From positions 1,792,001 to 1,856,000 of the forward strand of contig CAWIAD010000002.1 in the NCBI GenBank assembly GCA_963833985.1: a DNA stretch of 64,000 nt, in the 5' to 3' direction. The notes beneath the pieces are model-generated. The model saw only the letters and a program-made list of their open reading frames with translations. It had not been told where the DNA came from and ran no database searches. A program made the translations under genes and the position numbers. This document shows positions 51,703 through 63,691 of this stretch, piece by piece. This DNA comes from an uncultured Planctomycetaceae bacterium (GTDB lineage Bacteria > Planctomycetota > Planctomycetia > Isosphaerales > Isosphaeraceae). Within the stretch, counting starts at the first letter, position 1. Each line of letters starts with the position of its first letter.

Positions 51703-54700
51703 TCAGTCATCGCTGACGAGGTCGAATTCGTCGGGACTCCAGAAACCGGTCATCTGCTGCACAAGGCGGCGCCGCTCGTCGCCCTGGGAGGCCAGCAGGC
51801 GGGCGACGAGCCGGCGCTGTCTCGTCCAGCCCTGGCGCCGCTGACTGTCCGGCGCTGCCGGCAGCGCAGCCATAAGGGCGGCCGCGCGTCCGGGATCGAC
51901 GACCGCGGGACCGCCGAACATCGCATCGGGAAGGTAGCCCGTGCCCCCGGCAACAAGACGAGGCAGCCGGACAAACACCGGTTCAAGCAAGGCATGCGCG
52001 ATCGCTGGTTCATACGGCAGGATGAGCATGGCGATCACGGCATCGGTCCCGAGCCGGCCGACCTCCTCGCGCTCGTCCTCGTACCTCGGCCCGCGCAGGG
52101 CCAGGGCACGCCAGAGATATTCCGAAACGCGCCCCGGATCGATCCGCTCCACCGCTTCCAGCAGGGTCGCGGCCGTCGAGGCTGCGCACCGCGTGTTGAG
52201 GTAGCTCTCCTTCTTCGCCGCGATGGCCTCCAGTGCCCGATAAGCCTCATCCACCAAACCCGTTGCCGCGGCCTTATCGGAGGAGCTCGAAGACCAGCGC
52301 CATCTGGCCGAGCGTATATGCCCGCGTGTACAGATCGCCGATCCTGGCAGCGATGGCGCGTGCCCGGGGCAGGTCTTTTGGTGCCATCGCGTAGCAGACG
52401 CGGAGTGCGTAGAAGTCACGCATGATCGGCCGCTTGAGCATTTGCCAGACGCGCTCGGCTTCCGCCGGCTGGGTGGATGCCAGCCGCTGGGCGATGTTGC
52501 CGTGATGACGGTCGAATTCCTGCTCGTCGGTCAACCCCTCGATCAGCCCTAGCGCCGCGGGCACATCGACGCGCACCAGTTCATCGGCAAAGGCACCCCG
52601 GCCAAAGCCGCCCACGGCCGACGTCGCCAGTTCCCCGGCAATTCTCTGCCCGTCGCGAAAGATCTTCGTCGCCCTTTCCTGATCGCCCAGATCGAGCAGC
52701 CGGCTAGCAATCTGGCCCTGGAAAATAAGCCGCAGCGCTGGGTCCTTGATGCCCTGGGTGTGAACCAGGGCCTGCATCAGGAGCGACCGCTTCTTGTCGC
52801 GCTCGGTCGCAGGCAAGAGATCGCTGGCCTTACGGTAGCCGTCGGTACGGCCGATCGGGTCGCCGAGCGACTCGACGAGCGTCAGCGCCTCGTCGGGTGT
52901 CTCCTTCATCAGGCGCCGCGCTGCGCCCACTTTCACACCGTCGCGCATCATCGGCTCGGCGAACTTCGCCTTCTCGGCAATCTCCATCGCCAGGGCCGGG
53001 TCGATGCGCGCCAGCGTCTGGAGAGTCTGGAATTCGGTCACTCCGCAAGGGCCCGTGCGCGCCCGCTCGATGTCCGGCTCCAGCACCCTGAGCGCCAGCC
53101 GGCGCCGTTCTTCCGCGGGGAAGCCGGCCGGTGAATCATGAGGCCCTGGAGCGGCCGGACCAGCCGCACGCGACAGCACCAGCTCGACCGAGTCAGCCGC
53201 CGGCTGAAGCAGGCTTCCCTGAAAACGGTAACCTTCCGCCTCGGCGCAGATCATCATCGTGCCGGCGGGAGGAAGGTTCACCTGGAATAAGCCATTCTCA
53301 GCGGATCTCGTGATGGGACGTTCGGGCTGCTCGCTCACGAGGCGAATCCTGGCACCGGCGACCGGCCGGCCATCGCCATCCGCGACACGTCCCGTGATCG
53401 GTTTCGGCCGGTCGACCACGAGATCGGGAAACACGACCTGGGTGCCCGGCCGAGGCCGCATCCAGTCCGACCAGTCCAGCGACAGGCCCGGCGCCGCGGC
53501 TCTTACCTTGTAGCGCTGGTCGATGCGGAACTGGCGGGGCGTTTCGAACCTGCCGTCGCTGCCGGTATGAGGGCTGCCGGCTGCGGCAGCGTTCAAAAGG
53601 ACCGGGTTGGAATACTCCTGCTCCTGTGCCCAGAACTCGAGCTCAGCCCCCGCGACCGGCTGTCCCGTGCGGTTCACCACCCGAGCGGCCAGGGAGACCA
53701 GGTTCGCCGAGCGAATCGTCAAGGTCACAGGCGTATCGAGCGCGGGGGAAACTTCGAACGGCTTATCCGTGCGAGCGTCCGCGGTGCTGGCCTCGAGCCG
53801 GAACCCCGCGCGCCTGGGGTCGAGCACTGCGAACACGAATGTTCCGTCGGGCGCGGTCGACGTGGTGAAATTCTCGCCTTCAATTCCTTGCTGCCAGACG
53901 AGGGTTCCGTCAACGCGGGCGCCGGCGACCGGAGTGCCCGAGGCGTCGACGACCTTACCTTGCAAGGCATCGCCTCGGGCCAGTTCGATCGGGGGAATCT
54001 CGAACTCCGAGACATTCGCGGGGATCTGTTCCTCGCGTCCGGGCGGCCGGGTCGGGAAGAAGGGGCGCGGAGTCAGCCAGTCAAAGAGGCTCGTGCCAAC
54101 GGTCCCTGGCAAGACGTAATCCTCGAAGCGCCCGGCGTCATCGCTGTAGACGACATTCGTCCGGTACTGGCTGCCGACCAGCACACCCGCTTCCGCGATG
54201 GGCCTGTTGGAGCCGCGCTCGCGCACCTGGCCTCGCACCCGCACGCCGCGCTTCAGAGTGATCTCCAGGTGGTTCTCCCGGTTCGCGGCAATGGGGGTGA
54301 ATGCCGGCTGAACGGGGCGATACGGTGACCGGGGCGCCACGCCAACCTGAAAGAGCATCAGGCCCTCGGCCAGGGCGGGGACAACAAAGCGGCCCTGGTC
54401 ATCGGTGCGCGTGCTGGCCAGTCCCGACACCGACTTGCCGTTGAACTGCGTGCCCAGGTAAATGGGAATGCCGCGCACCACCGCGGGATCATCCGCGCGG
54501 ACGCGTCCCACCACCCGACCCACTGGCAAGAGCGTGATGGCCTTGTCGGACGGGGGTTGCCACTGAATTTCTTGCACCCCCAGATCGGCCGTGCTGACCG
54601 TGAGGATGGGCGCCTCGCCCGGCTGGACGTAAGAGATCTCGGCCTTGCCTTGCTCATCGGTCCGCGCAGCGAGTTGCTCGGCCAGCGCGTCCGGTACGCT

Positions 54701-55165
54701 CAGGTAGTATGCCACCACCCGCGCGTTCGACGGCACCATGGAAAACGGCCTGACCTCGGCACCGGCGAGCGGCTTGCCATCCGGGCGCAGTAAAACGAGC
54801 CGGCACGGGCGCGCCGTCGGCAAGGTGAGACGGACTTCCTCTCGCGGCTTCTCGGCAGAGAGGCTCACGTGAATGCGCGCGGGCGCATGACCAGCCTGGT
54901 AGGCCCACACGGAAAGCATCTCCAGCCCTGACCCGGAGACGGGCACGCCTTGCGGAACAGGCACCAGGAAATGCCCATTCTCATCAGCCTTCGCGCGCGC
55001 CACCGAGGGCGTGACGCCGCTTCGGTTCCAGCCGCACGAGAGCCAGATCGCGACGCCCGGCACCGGTTTGCCGGCGGCGTCCTCCACGAGCCCGGAAAGC
55101 TCATGACCGATCATGCCGAAAAGGCCAAGGACGGGGAGGGCGAGTGTGCCGATCGGGAACATCAT
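51703..55165 (-). CDS. Exported protein with multiple carboxypeptidase-regulatory-like beta-sandwich repeats and a helical C-terminus; frameshift near 52280
   Basis: Repeated G.V.D..G.PVAGA.V and TD..GRF motifs; AGGAG RBS; C-terminus in ORF 51703..52419. Confidence 0.78.
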
Positions 55166-55366
55166 TCTGCTCCTGGAGATCCATCGTATGACGTTCGTCC
55201 AAGGTATCGCGCCATCCGGGGAAGCACAACGCAGCCTCTCCGTCGGGCCTGGCCAATTTCTTTTGGCTTCCCGCCTGGATTGGGTATGATGGCGAACGTT
55301 CCTTTTCCGGATCATGAAGCCGATATGAGCCTCGAGCGTTGCAGTGACGAAGCTTCGGAGCCACAC

Positions 55367-55738
55367 ATGAAGTCGAAGAAGCCGGCACGTCCCGGGGCCG
55401 GCCGGACTCCGGCCAGCACGGCCGGCCGCTCGTCCCGCAAGAATCGGGCGGTGGTCCTGGATTTCGTGCAGAGCCGGATCGAAGCCTTCAACGCCGAGCA
55501 GGGCGGCGGGGTGGCTGTGCGCAAGGACGCCCACGGCTACACGCTGCTGCAAGAAGACTCCGGCACGCCGATCGCGCGGTTGCGTCCCCGCGATACGGGC
55601 GATCGATTCGAGGTCCTCTACTGGAGCCCGTTTAGCAAACGCTGGTGCCCCATCGGAGACCTGGGCGGCATGGTGCTCTCGCTCGTCGACGCGCTCGAGT
55701 TCATCGCCAAGGACCCGGTGAACTGCTTCTGGCGCTGA
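55367..55738 (+). CDS. Hypothetical protein (DUF3024-like)
   Basis: PIARLR...FEVLYWS...RW...LEFIAKDPVNCFW resembles DUF3024. Confidence 0.55.
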   Translation: MKSKKPARPGAGRTPASTAGRSSRKNRAVVLDFVQSRIEAFNAEQGGGVAVRKDAHGYTLLQEDSGTPIARLRPRDTGDRFEVLYWSPFSKRWCPIGDLGGMVLSLVDALEFIAKDPVNCFWR

Positions 55739-55756
55739 TCGGCCAGTGCAGGTCTT

Positions 55757-55994
55757 GACCTCAATACCTTTGAAAGAGCGCTAACGAGCCGGTGTAAGAG
55801 ATATGTGAGAAACTTGTTCTCACGCTCTGCGTGGGAACACCGGTCGGGACGCTCGGCGTCCCCTGGATTCTCCATCTTGAGCACGGGCCCGATCGACGCG
55901 GAGCGTCGCAGACGGCATTCCCACGCGGAGCGTGGGAATGAGGAAGAAACCTCTGCCTGCTCTCAGCTTATCGCTATTTCAACGGTATTGGGTC
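55757..55994. mobile_element. Non-coding MITE/REPIN-like element, copy 2 (inverted relative to copy 1)
   Basis: CAATACCTTTGAAAGAGCG (55762-55780) and CGCTATTTCAACGGTATTG (55972-55990); REP palindromes at 55816 and 55917; the core GATCGACGCGGAGCGTCGCAGACGGCATTCCCACGCGGAGCGTGGGAA is the reverse complement of about 34975-35022. Confidence 0.8.
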
Positions 55995-56080
55995 TTGAGC
56001 CACACTCACGCGGGGGCCGTTCCCGAACCGCGACGCCCGCCCGGCATTTCGAAAACGCGGATACTTGCGGAAGTTTTTTC

Positions 56081-56124
56081 TTGACCCGATCGTTTACTAT
56101 GGTAAATTTACTGCGATAGACGAT
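56081..56124 (+). promoter_or_regulatory. Promoter and BlaI-type operator
   Basis: TTGACC (56081), extended -10 TGnTAAATT (56100-56108), palindrome TTTAC-TATG-GTAAA (56093-56106) plus an imperfect second copy. Confidence 0.65.
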
Positions 56125-56148
56125 TGCCGGTCCTGGAGGGAGCGATTC

Positions 56149-56523
56149 ATGGGCGAGATTCAGCTCGGACGGTTGCAGTTCCAGATCATGCAGGTTCTCT
56201 GGGACCGAGGGCGCGCGACCGCCCGTGACATCACCGACGCTCTGGGCGGCTCCGAACCGGTCGCCCACAGCACCGTGCAGACGCTCCTGCGGCAGCTTGA
56301 AGCCAAGGGTGCGGTTGGCCACGAAGCGGAGGGGCGAACCTTCCTGTTCTTTCCCAGGCTCAAGGAGCACCGGGTGAAGCGTACGGCCGCGCGCGATCTC
56401 CTCGATCGGGTTTTCGGGGGGAACGTGGGCAGCCTGGTGTCTTACCTGCTGAAGAACGAGCGCCTCTCCAGGACTGAGCTCGAAGAACTTCAAAGGCTGA
56501 TTGACGAGCGGAAGCGGGGATGA
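56149..56523 (+). CDS. BlaI/MecI/CopY-family repressor
   Basis: IMQVLWDRG.ATAR, STVQTLLRQLEAKGAV and LLDRVFGG; GGAGG RBS. Confidence 0.93.
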   Translation: MGEIQLGRLQFQIMQVLWDRGRATARDITDALGGSEPVAHSTVQTLLRQLEAKGAVGHEAEGRTFLFFPRLKEHRVKRTAARDLLDRVFGGNVGSLVSYLLKNERLSRTELEELQRLIDERKRG

Positions 56524-56547
56524 GAAATCGAAGGAAGGAGTGAGGCG

Positions 56548-59422
56548 ATGGGACTGGATCTTGCGACAGTCGCGACGAGCATGCTGGGGCTGGGTCTCAC
56601 CTGGCTGGCTCAGACCTCGGTTCTGCTGGTGCTCGGCCTGCTGCTCGGGCGCATCTTGCGGCGGAGCGGCCCGGCGGTATTGTCGGGTGTTTACCGGACC
56701 ACCCTGGTAGCGGTGCTCCTCTGCCCGTTCGTCTCGGCCGTTCTCGATGGAGCCGGGCTCGGCCGGCCGAAGCTGGTGCTGCCAACCGCGGCCCGCATCC
56801 GGGGGACGTTCCTGCCCGCGGCCTCGCTGCGCAACGGCTCCGCGCCCGCGGCGCGCTCTGCTGATCCCGTGCGCGGGTCCGCGCCCCGGCCTGCGGCGAC
56901 AGTCTCACTGCCGGCGCCCGGCGCGCGGCGATCCGGCGCAACCACGCCGCCGGCCCTGCTGCCGGCCGGGGCGGTCGCAGGTCCGGGATCCGCGGTCGCG
57001 GAGCCGCTCGAGGCGAGAGCGTTCGCACCTTGGGTGCTTCTCGTCTGGATACTCGGATCGCTGCTGCTGGGAATCCGCTTTCTGCTGGCACAGCGGCGCA
57101 TGAGCCAGGTGCGGGCCGCGGCCGTTCCGGCCGGGCACGACTGCGCAGGCCGTCTGCCAGGCGCTCGCCGGACAACTCCGGGTCAGCACCCCGCTGGTCT
57201 TGCACAGTCCCTTCCTGTTCAGCCCCTGCCTGGATGGCCTGCTGCAACCCGCGATCCTGCTGCCGGAGGATGCGGGCAGCAATCTCCGAGAGACGTTCCT
57301 GCATGAGCTGGCGCACCTGGCGCGCCGTGATAATGTGTGGAACCTGCTGTCCCGCGCGGCCATGGCGGGGCTCTGGCTCCAGCCGCTCCTCTGGATCCTC
57401 CTGCGCCGCATCGAGGCAGCCTCCGAGGAGGTCTGCGATGATGTGGTTGTGAACTCGGGCACAGACCGCACGCGCTACGCCGACCACCTGCTGGAGCTTG
57501 CCAGCCGCGCCCTGCCGCCTCCGGCCCCGGCCACCGTGGGAATGATCTCGCTGCGGTCCATGCTCGCCCGGCGGATCGTGCGGATCCTCGATCCCTCGCG
57601 CCGGCCGTCGATCCGCATCGGACGGCGGGTCGTCTCGTTCATGGCCTTTGCTGGGCTGGCCGGTACGTTGTTGACGGGGTTGATCGGGGTTGCTGGCGAG
57701 CCTGGAAAAGCGAGGACCACGCCACCATTATTAAGGGCCGAGCAGCCTGACGCCGCCCCGGCCGCACCCCAGCGCTCCGGTGACGTGCCGGTGACCGGCC
57801 GCATCATCGACCTCGAAGGGCGGCCGGTGGCGGGAGTGACGGTGAAGATCGGCGGTGTGCAGGGAGCGGCCTCGGGCGATCTCTCCTCCTGGATCGAGGG
57901 GGTGAAGAAAGGCGAGCCGCCCTGGATCGCCTACAAGCACATCGAGCGTGAGGTCGATCTCCCCAAAAGCGTCGTCCGCGAGGCAACCACGGACAGGGAC
58001 GGCCGCTTCCGGTTCGATGGCCTCGGCGCCGAGCATGTCGTTTCGCTGTCGATCCGGGGCGACACCGTGGCCTGTACCTCGATCGACGTCATCACGCGGA
58101 AGACCGAGCCCTTCGTGGCCCGTGGCTTCCCGGACACTTATGGGCCGGGTTCGCAGACCGTCTACGGTGCGGATTTCACCTACATAGCGCGTCCGAGCCG
58201 GCTCATCGAGGGCGTGGTTCGCGACGCCAGAACGAAGCAGCCAATGGTGGGCGTCGCCGTCGAGAGCTGGCATTTCGCGGGCTCCGACTTCGTCAGCATC
58301 CGCACACAGAAGACCGTCACTGACGCGAACGGCCGCTTCCGGCTGGCCGGCATGCCCAAGGCCAACGGGAACACGGTGATCGCCATTCCCGCTGACGATC
58401 AGCCTTATTTCCTGCACGAGGCCTCGGTCGGCGATCCGCCGGGGATCGATCCGGTCCATCTGGAAATCGAGCTCAATCGCGGCATCATGATCACCGGCAA
58501 GCTGACTGACAAGGCGACGGGCAAGCCGGTTACCGAAGGCCGCGTGCACTACCTGCCGTTCCTGGAGAACAAGTATGTGCAGGCGCTCCCTGAATTCGAC
58601 TCGAACGGCAACGTGCAGGGGTTCCAGGAGCGCTACACGACGAAGGCCGACGGCACTTACCGGCTGGTCGCCATGCCGGGCCGGGCGATCATCGGCTTCG
58701 AGAGCGTTGGCCAGACGCCATACCGCACCGGCGTCGGTTCCGAGAAGATCGCGGGACTGGACAAGCACGGCAACTACAACACCTGGCGCAATCCGATCTG
58801 GCCGGGCAAGCACTGGCCGAACACGCTGATGGAGATCAACCCTTCCGAGGGCACCGAGACGCTCGCGCTCGACGCCCAGCTCGATCCGGGTTTGAACCTC
58901 CGGATCAAAGTGGTGGACCCCGACGGGAAGCCGGTGCCGGACGCTATCGTGGGCGGTGGGAACCGGATGAAGGCGGGTCCGGCGTCGACGGACGCGGTCT
59001 TCGAGCTGGCCAGCTTCCGGCCGGACGAGACGCGCAGCGTGGTGGTCCGCCACGATGGACGCAAGCTCGGCAAGGTGGTGCGGATCAAGGCGGGGGATGA
59101 CGTCAATGGGCCCGTTCTCGTGACCCTTTCGCCCTGCGCGGCGATCAAGGGCCGCGCGGTGGATGCCGGCGACAATCCGGTCCCGGGAGCGACCCTGCGC
59201 GTGGACGTCGAGCCGACCGAGGGGTTCGTCCATGTTCTGACCAATGTCGGGGCTGATCGCGACGGCCGGTTCCGTGTGGAGAACGTCCCTGCCGGCTGCA
59301 AGTACGGACTGGTGCTCGAGGCCGGGACAATGATCAAGGAGCATCAGGTCGCCTTCGGTTCGGCCGAGGTGAAGCCGGGCGAGACGACGGACGTCGGCGA
59401 CATCAAGTTCAAGAACGACTGA
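56548..59422 (+). CDS. BlaR1/M56 metallopeptidase sensor with extracytoplasmic carboxypeptidase-regulatory-like repeats; frameshift near 57150
   Basis: N-terminal TMs, PAILLP, HELAH, EEVCDD and YADHLLEL, then GRIIDLEGRPVAG-type repeats. Confidence 0.9.
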
Positions 59423-59461
59423 GACCGAACCACGACTCATGACGGCTGGAGGTTCGCTTTC

Positions 59462-60830
59462 ATGAACGCGTCTCCATGGTCGCCCTACCGCCCGAGCCCG
59501 ACCGTACCCTGGAACCTCGAGCGGGCCTGGACGCTCCGCAGGCGGGCCGGTTTCGGAGCCACCTGGGAGGAGCTCGAGCGCGATGTCTCCAGCGGACCCG
59601 AGGCCGCGGTCGATCGCGTGCTGGCTGGCGAGTGCCGGATCGCAGGGGTCCCCGTCGGATTCCACCCGACCGCCGACATCCTGGGCCGCTCCGCCGCCGG
59701 CTCGTCGGACCCGCGACGTCTCCAGGCCTGGTGGCTCTACCGCATGCTCTGCTCGCCCGATCCGCTGCACGAGCGGCTGACACTGATGTGGCACGACCAC
59801 TTCGCCACCAGCCTGTTGAAGGTGGACGACGTGGCGGCGATGCACGCGCAGAACGAGACCTTCCGCCGGCTCGCCCGCGGCCCGTTTGGCGACCTGCTGC
59901 ACGCCATGCTGCGCGACCCGGCGGTCCTGATCTGGCTGGACGCTCCGTCGAACCGCCAAGGCAAACCCAATGAGAATCTGGCCCGGGAATTGATGGAGCT
60001 GTTCACGCTTGGCGTCGGCCGTTACACGGAACGTGATGTGAAGGAGGCGGCGCGGGCGCTCACGGGCCGCACAATCGTGCAGGGGCGGTTCCAGGTCCGC
60101 CAGGCAGATCACGATCCGGGCGCGAAAACCATCCTGGGCAAGACGGAGCGCTTCGACGGTGCCTCGCTTGCCGATCATCTGCTCGCCCAGCCCGCGGTGG
60201 CCGAGCGGCTGGCCTGGCGGCTCTGCTCCGCGTTTCTGGGGGAAGGCGTGGCCGACGCGGCAGCCCGCAGCACGCTTGCCGGCCTGCTGCGCGGACAACC
60301 TGCACATCGGCCGGGCCGTGGCGGTCATGCTCCGTTCGACGTTGTTCTTCTCCGACAGGAACCTGCGTGCGCGCGTTTCGGACCCGGTCGGCTTCGTGAT
60401 CGGCTCGGTGCGCGCGCTCGAGCATTTCGACCCGCCGCCGAGCACGTGGCTCCTGGCCGAGTGGACCGACCGGCTGGAGCAGCGACTGTTCTTCCCGCCC
60501 AACGTCGGCGGCTGGCCGGGCGGGCGAAGCTGGCTGTCAGGCCGGGCCGTCGTGGCCCGTGCCAACTTCGCGGCCGCACTGACGTCCGGTCAGCTCAACT
60601 CCGACGCCAGCCCACCGGACTTGCTTGCTCTGGCGGGGCGCCGTGGTCAGTCGGGCAACCCGGCCACTTCCCTGCGCTTCTTCAGCCGGCTCTTGCTGGG
60701 ACATCCTCTCGGCGATGGCTTGCTGGAAGGGCTGCTGCACGCCGCCGGGACCGCCGCAGCCTGCCGATCGCCGCAGGCCAACCGTGCGCTGGCCCTGCTG
60801 CTGGCTCGCCCCGAGGCTCAACTGGTTTGA
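59462..60830 (+). CDS. DUF1800 family protein; frameshift near 60290
   Basis: RRAGFG, ERLTLMWHDHFATS and PNENLARELMELFTLG; C-terminus FFPPNVGGW in ORF 60159..60830. Confidence 0.88.
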
Positions 60831-60889
60831 GCCGAGCCCAGGTCCCTGGCAACTCTTCCGACCGTGATCCTGTTCCGGGAGCCATCGCG

Positions 60890-62095
60890 ATGATCACCCG
60901 ACGCGCCTTGCTGAAGAATTGTGGCTTTCTTTCCCTGGCACCGGCGATTCCCGGGTTTCTGGAACGCACGGCGAGGGCCGCAACGCCCGGGCGCGATGCG
61001 CGTGTGCTGGTCGTGCTTCAGCTCGACGGCGGCAACGACGGCATCAATACCGTCGTCCCCTTCGGAGACGAGCAATACAGGCGGCTGCGCCCCGAGCTTG
61101 CCTTGCCGGCGGGGAAGATTTGCAAGCTGGCCGAGGGGATCGGGCTGCACCCCGCGATGAAGGCCGCGGCCGCGCTGTTCGAGGCGGGACATCTGGCGAT
61201 CGTGCAGGGCGTCGGCTATCCCAACCCCAATCGATCGCACTTCGAAAGCATGGCCATCTGGCAGACCGCGCACCCCGGACGTCCGGAAGACGCCGAGTTC
61301 GGCTGGCTGGGGCGCGCTCTCGACGCCGCGCGCCCTGCCCGCCTCGGGCCGGACGCGGTGCATGTCGGCGATCGCGGACTGCCGCGTGCCCTGCTCGCCC
61401 GCCGCGCCGTGGCGACCTCGTTCGCGGATGCCTCGGACTTCGCGCTGGCGCTCGCTCCGCCGGCAGCACGGCCGGACTCGCAGAGGGCGACGGCCTCCGA
61501 TGTGGAGGACCTCACCGCGTTCGTGAACCGGATCGTCACCAGTGCCTACGCGTCGGCGGCCGAGCTCGAGCGCGCGACGGACCGTGTCAGGGACGGAGCA
61601 GGCGGCTATCCGGGTACCGAGCTGGCGCGCAAGCTCGGCCTGGTGGCCCGTTCCATCAAGGCGGGATCGCCGGCGCGTGTCTATTACGTGATCCAGGCCG
61701 GTTACGATTCGCACGCGGTCCAGTTACCGGCCCATGAACGCTTGCTGTCCGAACTTTCCGGGGCGCTCAAGGCGTTTCTCGACGACCTGGCCATGGCCGG
61801 GCTCGGCGATCGGGTGGCCGTGATGACGTTCAGCGAGTTCGGCCGGCGGCCCGCGGAGAACGGCTCGCTGGGAACCGATCACGGCACGTCCGGACCGGTG
61901 CTGCTCGCCGGAGCGAGCGTCCGGGGCGGGCTTTTCGGCAAGACCCCGGCGCTCTCCGACCTGGAGGGCGGAGACCTCAGGTGGTCCACCGATTTCCGCA
62001 GCGTCTACGCCACGCTGCTGGACCAGTGGCTCGAGCTGCCGGCGCTGGAGATCCTCGGCGGCCGGTTCGAATCTCTGCCGGTGATCCGGACATGA
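60890..62095 (+). CDS. DUF1501 family protein (Tat signal)
   Basis: MITRRALL, LQLDGGNDGINTVVP, PNRSHF, FSEFGRR and GTDHG. Confidence 0.9.
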   Translation: MITRRALLKNCGFLSLAPAIPGFLERTARAATPGRDARVLVVLQLDGGNDGINTVVPFGDEQYRRLRPELALPAGKICKLAEGIGLHPAMKAAAALFEAGHLAIVQGVGYPNPNRSHFESMAIWQTAHPGRPEDAEFGWLGRALDAARPARLGPDAVHVGDRGLPRALLARRAVATSFADASDFALALAPPAARPDSQRATASDVEDLTAFVNRIVTSAYASAAELERATDRVRDGAGGYPGTELARKLGLVARSIKAGSPARVYYVIQAGYDSHAVQLPAHERLLSELSGALKAFLDDLAMAGLGDRVAVMTFSEFGRRPAENGSLGTDHGTSGPVLLAGASVRGGLFGKTPALSDLEGGDLRWSTDFRSVYATLLDQWLELPALEILGGRFESLPVIRT

Positions 62096-62099
62096 TGCA

Positions 62100-63678
62100 C
62101 TACCGGCCGTCCGGCAAGTAGCGTGCGGCGAGAGCCTGGAACGCGGCCACCTGTCCGGCTTGCCAGGCATCGTCGCGGCCGAGCTCCCGAGCAAGCAGCG
62201 CGGCGACCTGGGCGCGGCCTCGGCGCTGGAACGGGCATCGAGGAAGAGCGCGCGGGTGCGGCGTGCCAGCACGTCTTCCACCGTGCGTGCCGCCTCCTCG
62301 CGTGCCGCCCAGACGACCTCGGCGGCGATGTAGGGCAGCTCCGCGTGCAGCGGAGTGCCAAGTTCCGGGCGGACGCGGACCAGGTCCTCGAGCCCGGCGC
62401 GATCGGAGCCGTACACGGCCATGTGAGACGGAGGCCCGTCGCCTGCCGCGGCAGCCCCGTGCAATCGCAGGGCCGCGGTGGGCGAAGGGCGTACGGGCAA
62501 ATCACCGACGCGGGCGGCATGGTCCACGGCGTCCTCGGCCATGGGCCGGTAGGTCGTCCACTTACCGCCGGTGACGGTGACCAGGCCAGTCCTGGAGACG
62601 ATCACCTCGTGTTCCCGCGAGAGGCGGGATGTGGTCCTGGACCGGAAGTGCGCGGGGCGGATCAGGGGCGCAGGCCGGCGAAGGCGCTCTTGATGTCGGA
62701 CTCGACCGGGCGCCGTTCCAGGTAACGCCCCGTGTGATCGAGCAGGTAATCGACTTCCTGCCTCAGCGGTTGCGGTTCGAGGGGCAGGGCGGAGATGGGC
62801 GTGTCCGTGGTACCCACGAGCACGCGGCCGCTCCAGGGAATGGCGAAGAGCACGCGGCCGTCATCGGTCCTGGGCACCATGAGGGCGCTCTGTCCGGGGA
62901 GGAACGAGCGGTCCAGCACGATGTGCGCGCCCTGGCTCGGCGCGATCAGCGGGGGGGCGGCCGCTTCATCGAGCTGACGAACCAGGTCGGCCTGCACGCC
63001 GGCGCCATTGACGATGGCACGCGCCGAGAGCGGAAATTCCTCGCCGGTTTCCTGATCGCGGGCCAGGGCCCCGGCCAGCTTGCCGGCGTGGTGGATGAGC
63101 TGGATGACCGGAGCATAGTTGAGTGCCAGGCCACCCAGGTCGGCGAGCGTTCGGGCCAGTGTGACCGCCAGCCTCGCATCGTCGAACTGGCCGTCGGTGT
63201 AGAGGATTCCGCCGCGCAGTCCGGCGGATTGAACCGTGGGCAGGCGCCGGATCGTCTCCCCGCGCGAGATCCAGCGAGACGCCGCGAGCCGGTGCTTCCC
63301 CGCGAGCCGGTCGTAGAGCCAGAGGCCTGCGCCGTAGTAGGGCAGTTGCCAGGAGTGAAAGGCCGGGACCACGAAGTCGCGGCGATGCACCAGGTGTGGC
63401 GCGTTCTCCAGGAGCCGGGCGCGTTCCCGGAGCGCCTCGCGTACCAGGGCGATATTGCCCTGGGCCAGGTAGCGCACTCCGCCGTGGATGAGCTTGGTGC
63501 TGCGGCTGGAGGTTCCGTGAGCAAAGTCGTGCGCCTCCAAAAGCGCCGTGTCGTAGCCACGGGCAGCCGCGTCCACCGCGGTCCCCAGACCGGTGGCGCC
63601 ACCGCCGATCACCAGGACATCCCAGCGCTTGCCGCTTCGAAGCCGGTCCAGGCACTCCTGGCGCGCCAGTTGGTTCAT
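62100..63678 (-). CDS. glpD: FAD-dependent glycerol-3-phosphate dehydrogenase/oxidase; frameshifts near 62665 and 62210
   Basis: VIGGGATG, GTSSRSTKLIHGGVRYL, DGQFDDARL, AGLRP, TGGKWTTYR and EDVLARRTR. Confidence 0.92.
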
Positions 63679-63691
63679 GGGAACGGCTCGC

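Noticed and set aside
50353..52425. Long antisense or alternative-frame ORFs (also 4010..5860, 17080..18684, 57731..60565, 5' part of 28123..29925)
   Set aside because: Shadow ORFs expected in high-GC DNA; they overlap genes with clear family motifs.
56149..59422. Beta-lactam resistance locus
   Set aside because: No beta-lactamase or penicillin-binding domain is present; only the regulatory BlaI/M56 architecture is seen.
59462..62095. 877-aa DUF1800-DUF1501 fusion in the ORF track
   Set aside because: Artefact of the frameshift near 60290; DUF1800 ends at 60830 and DUF1501 has its own start and Tat signal at 60890.
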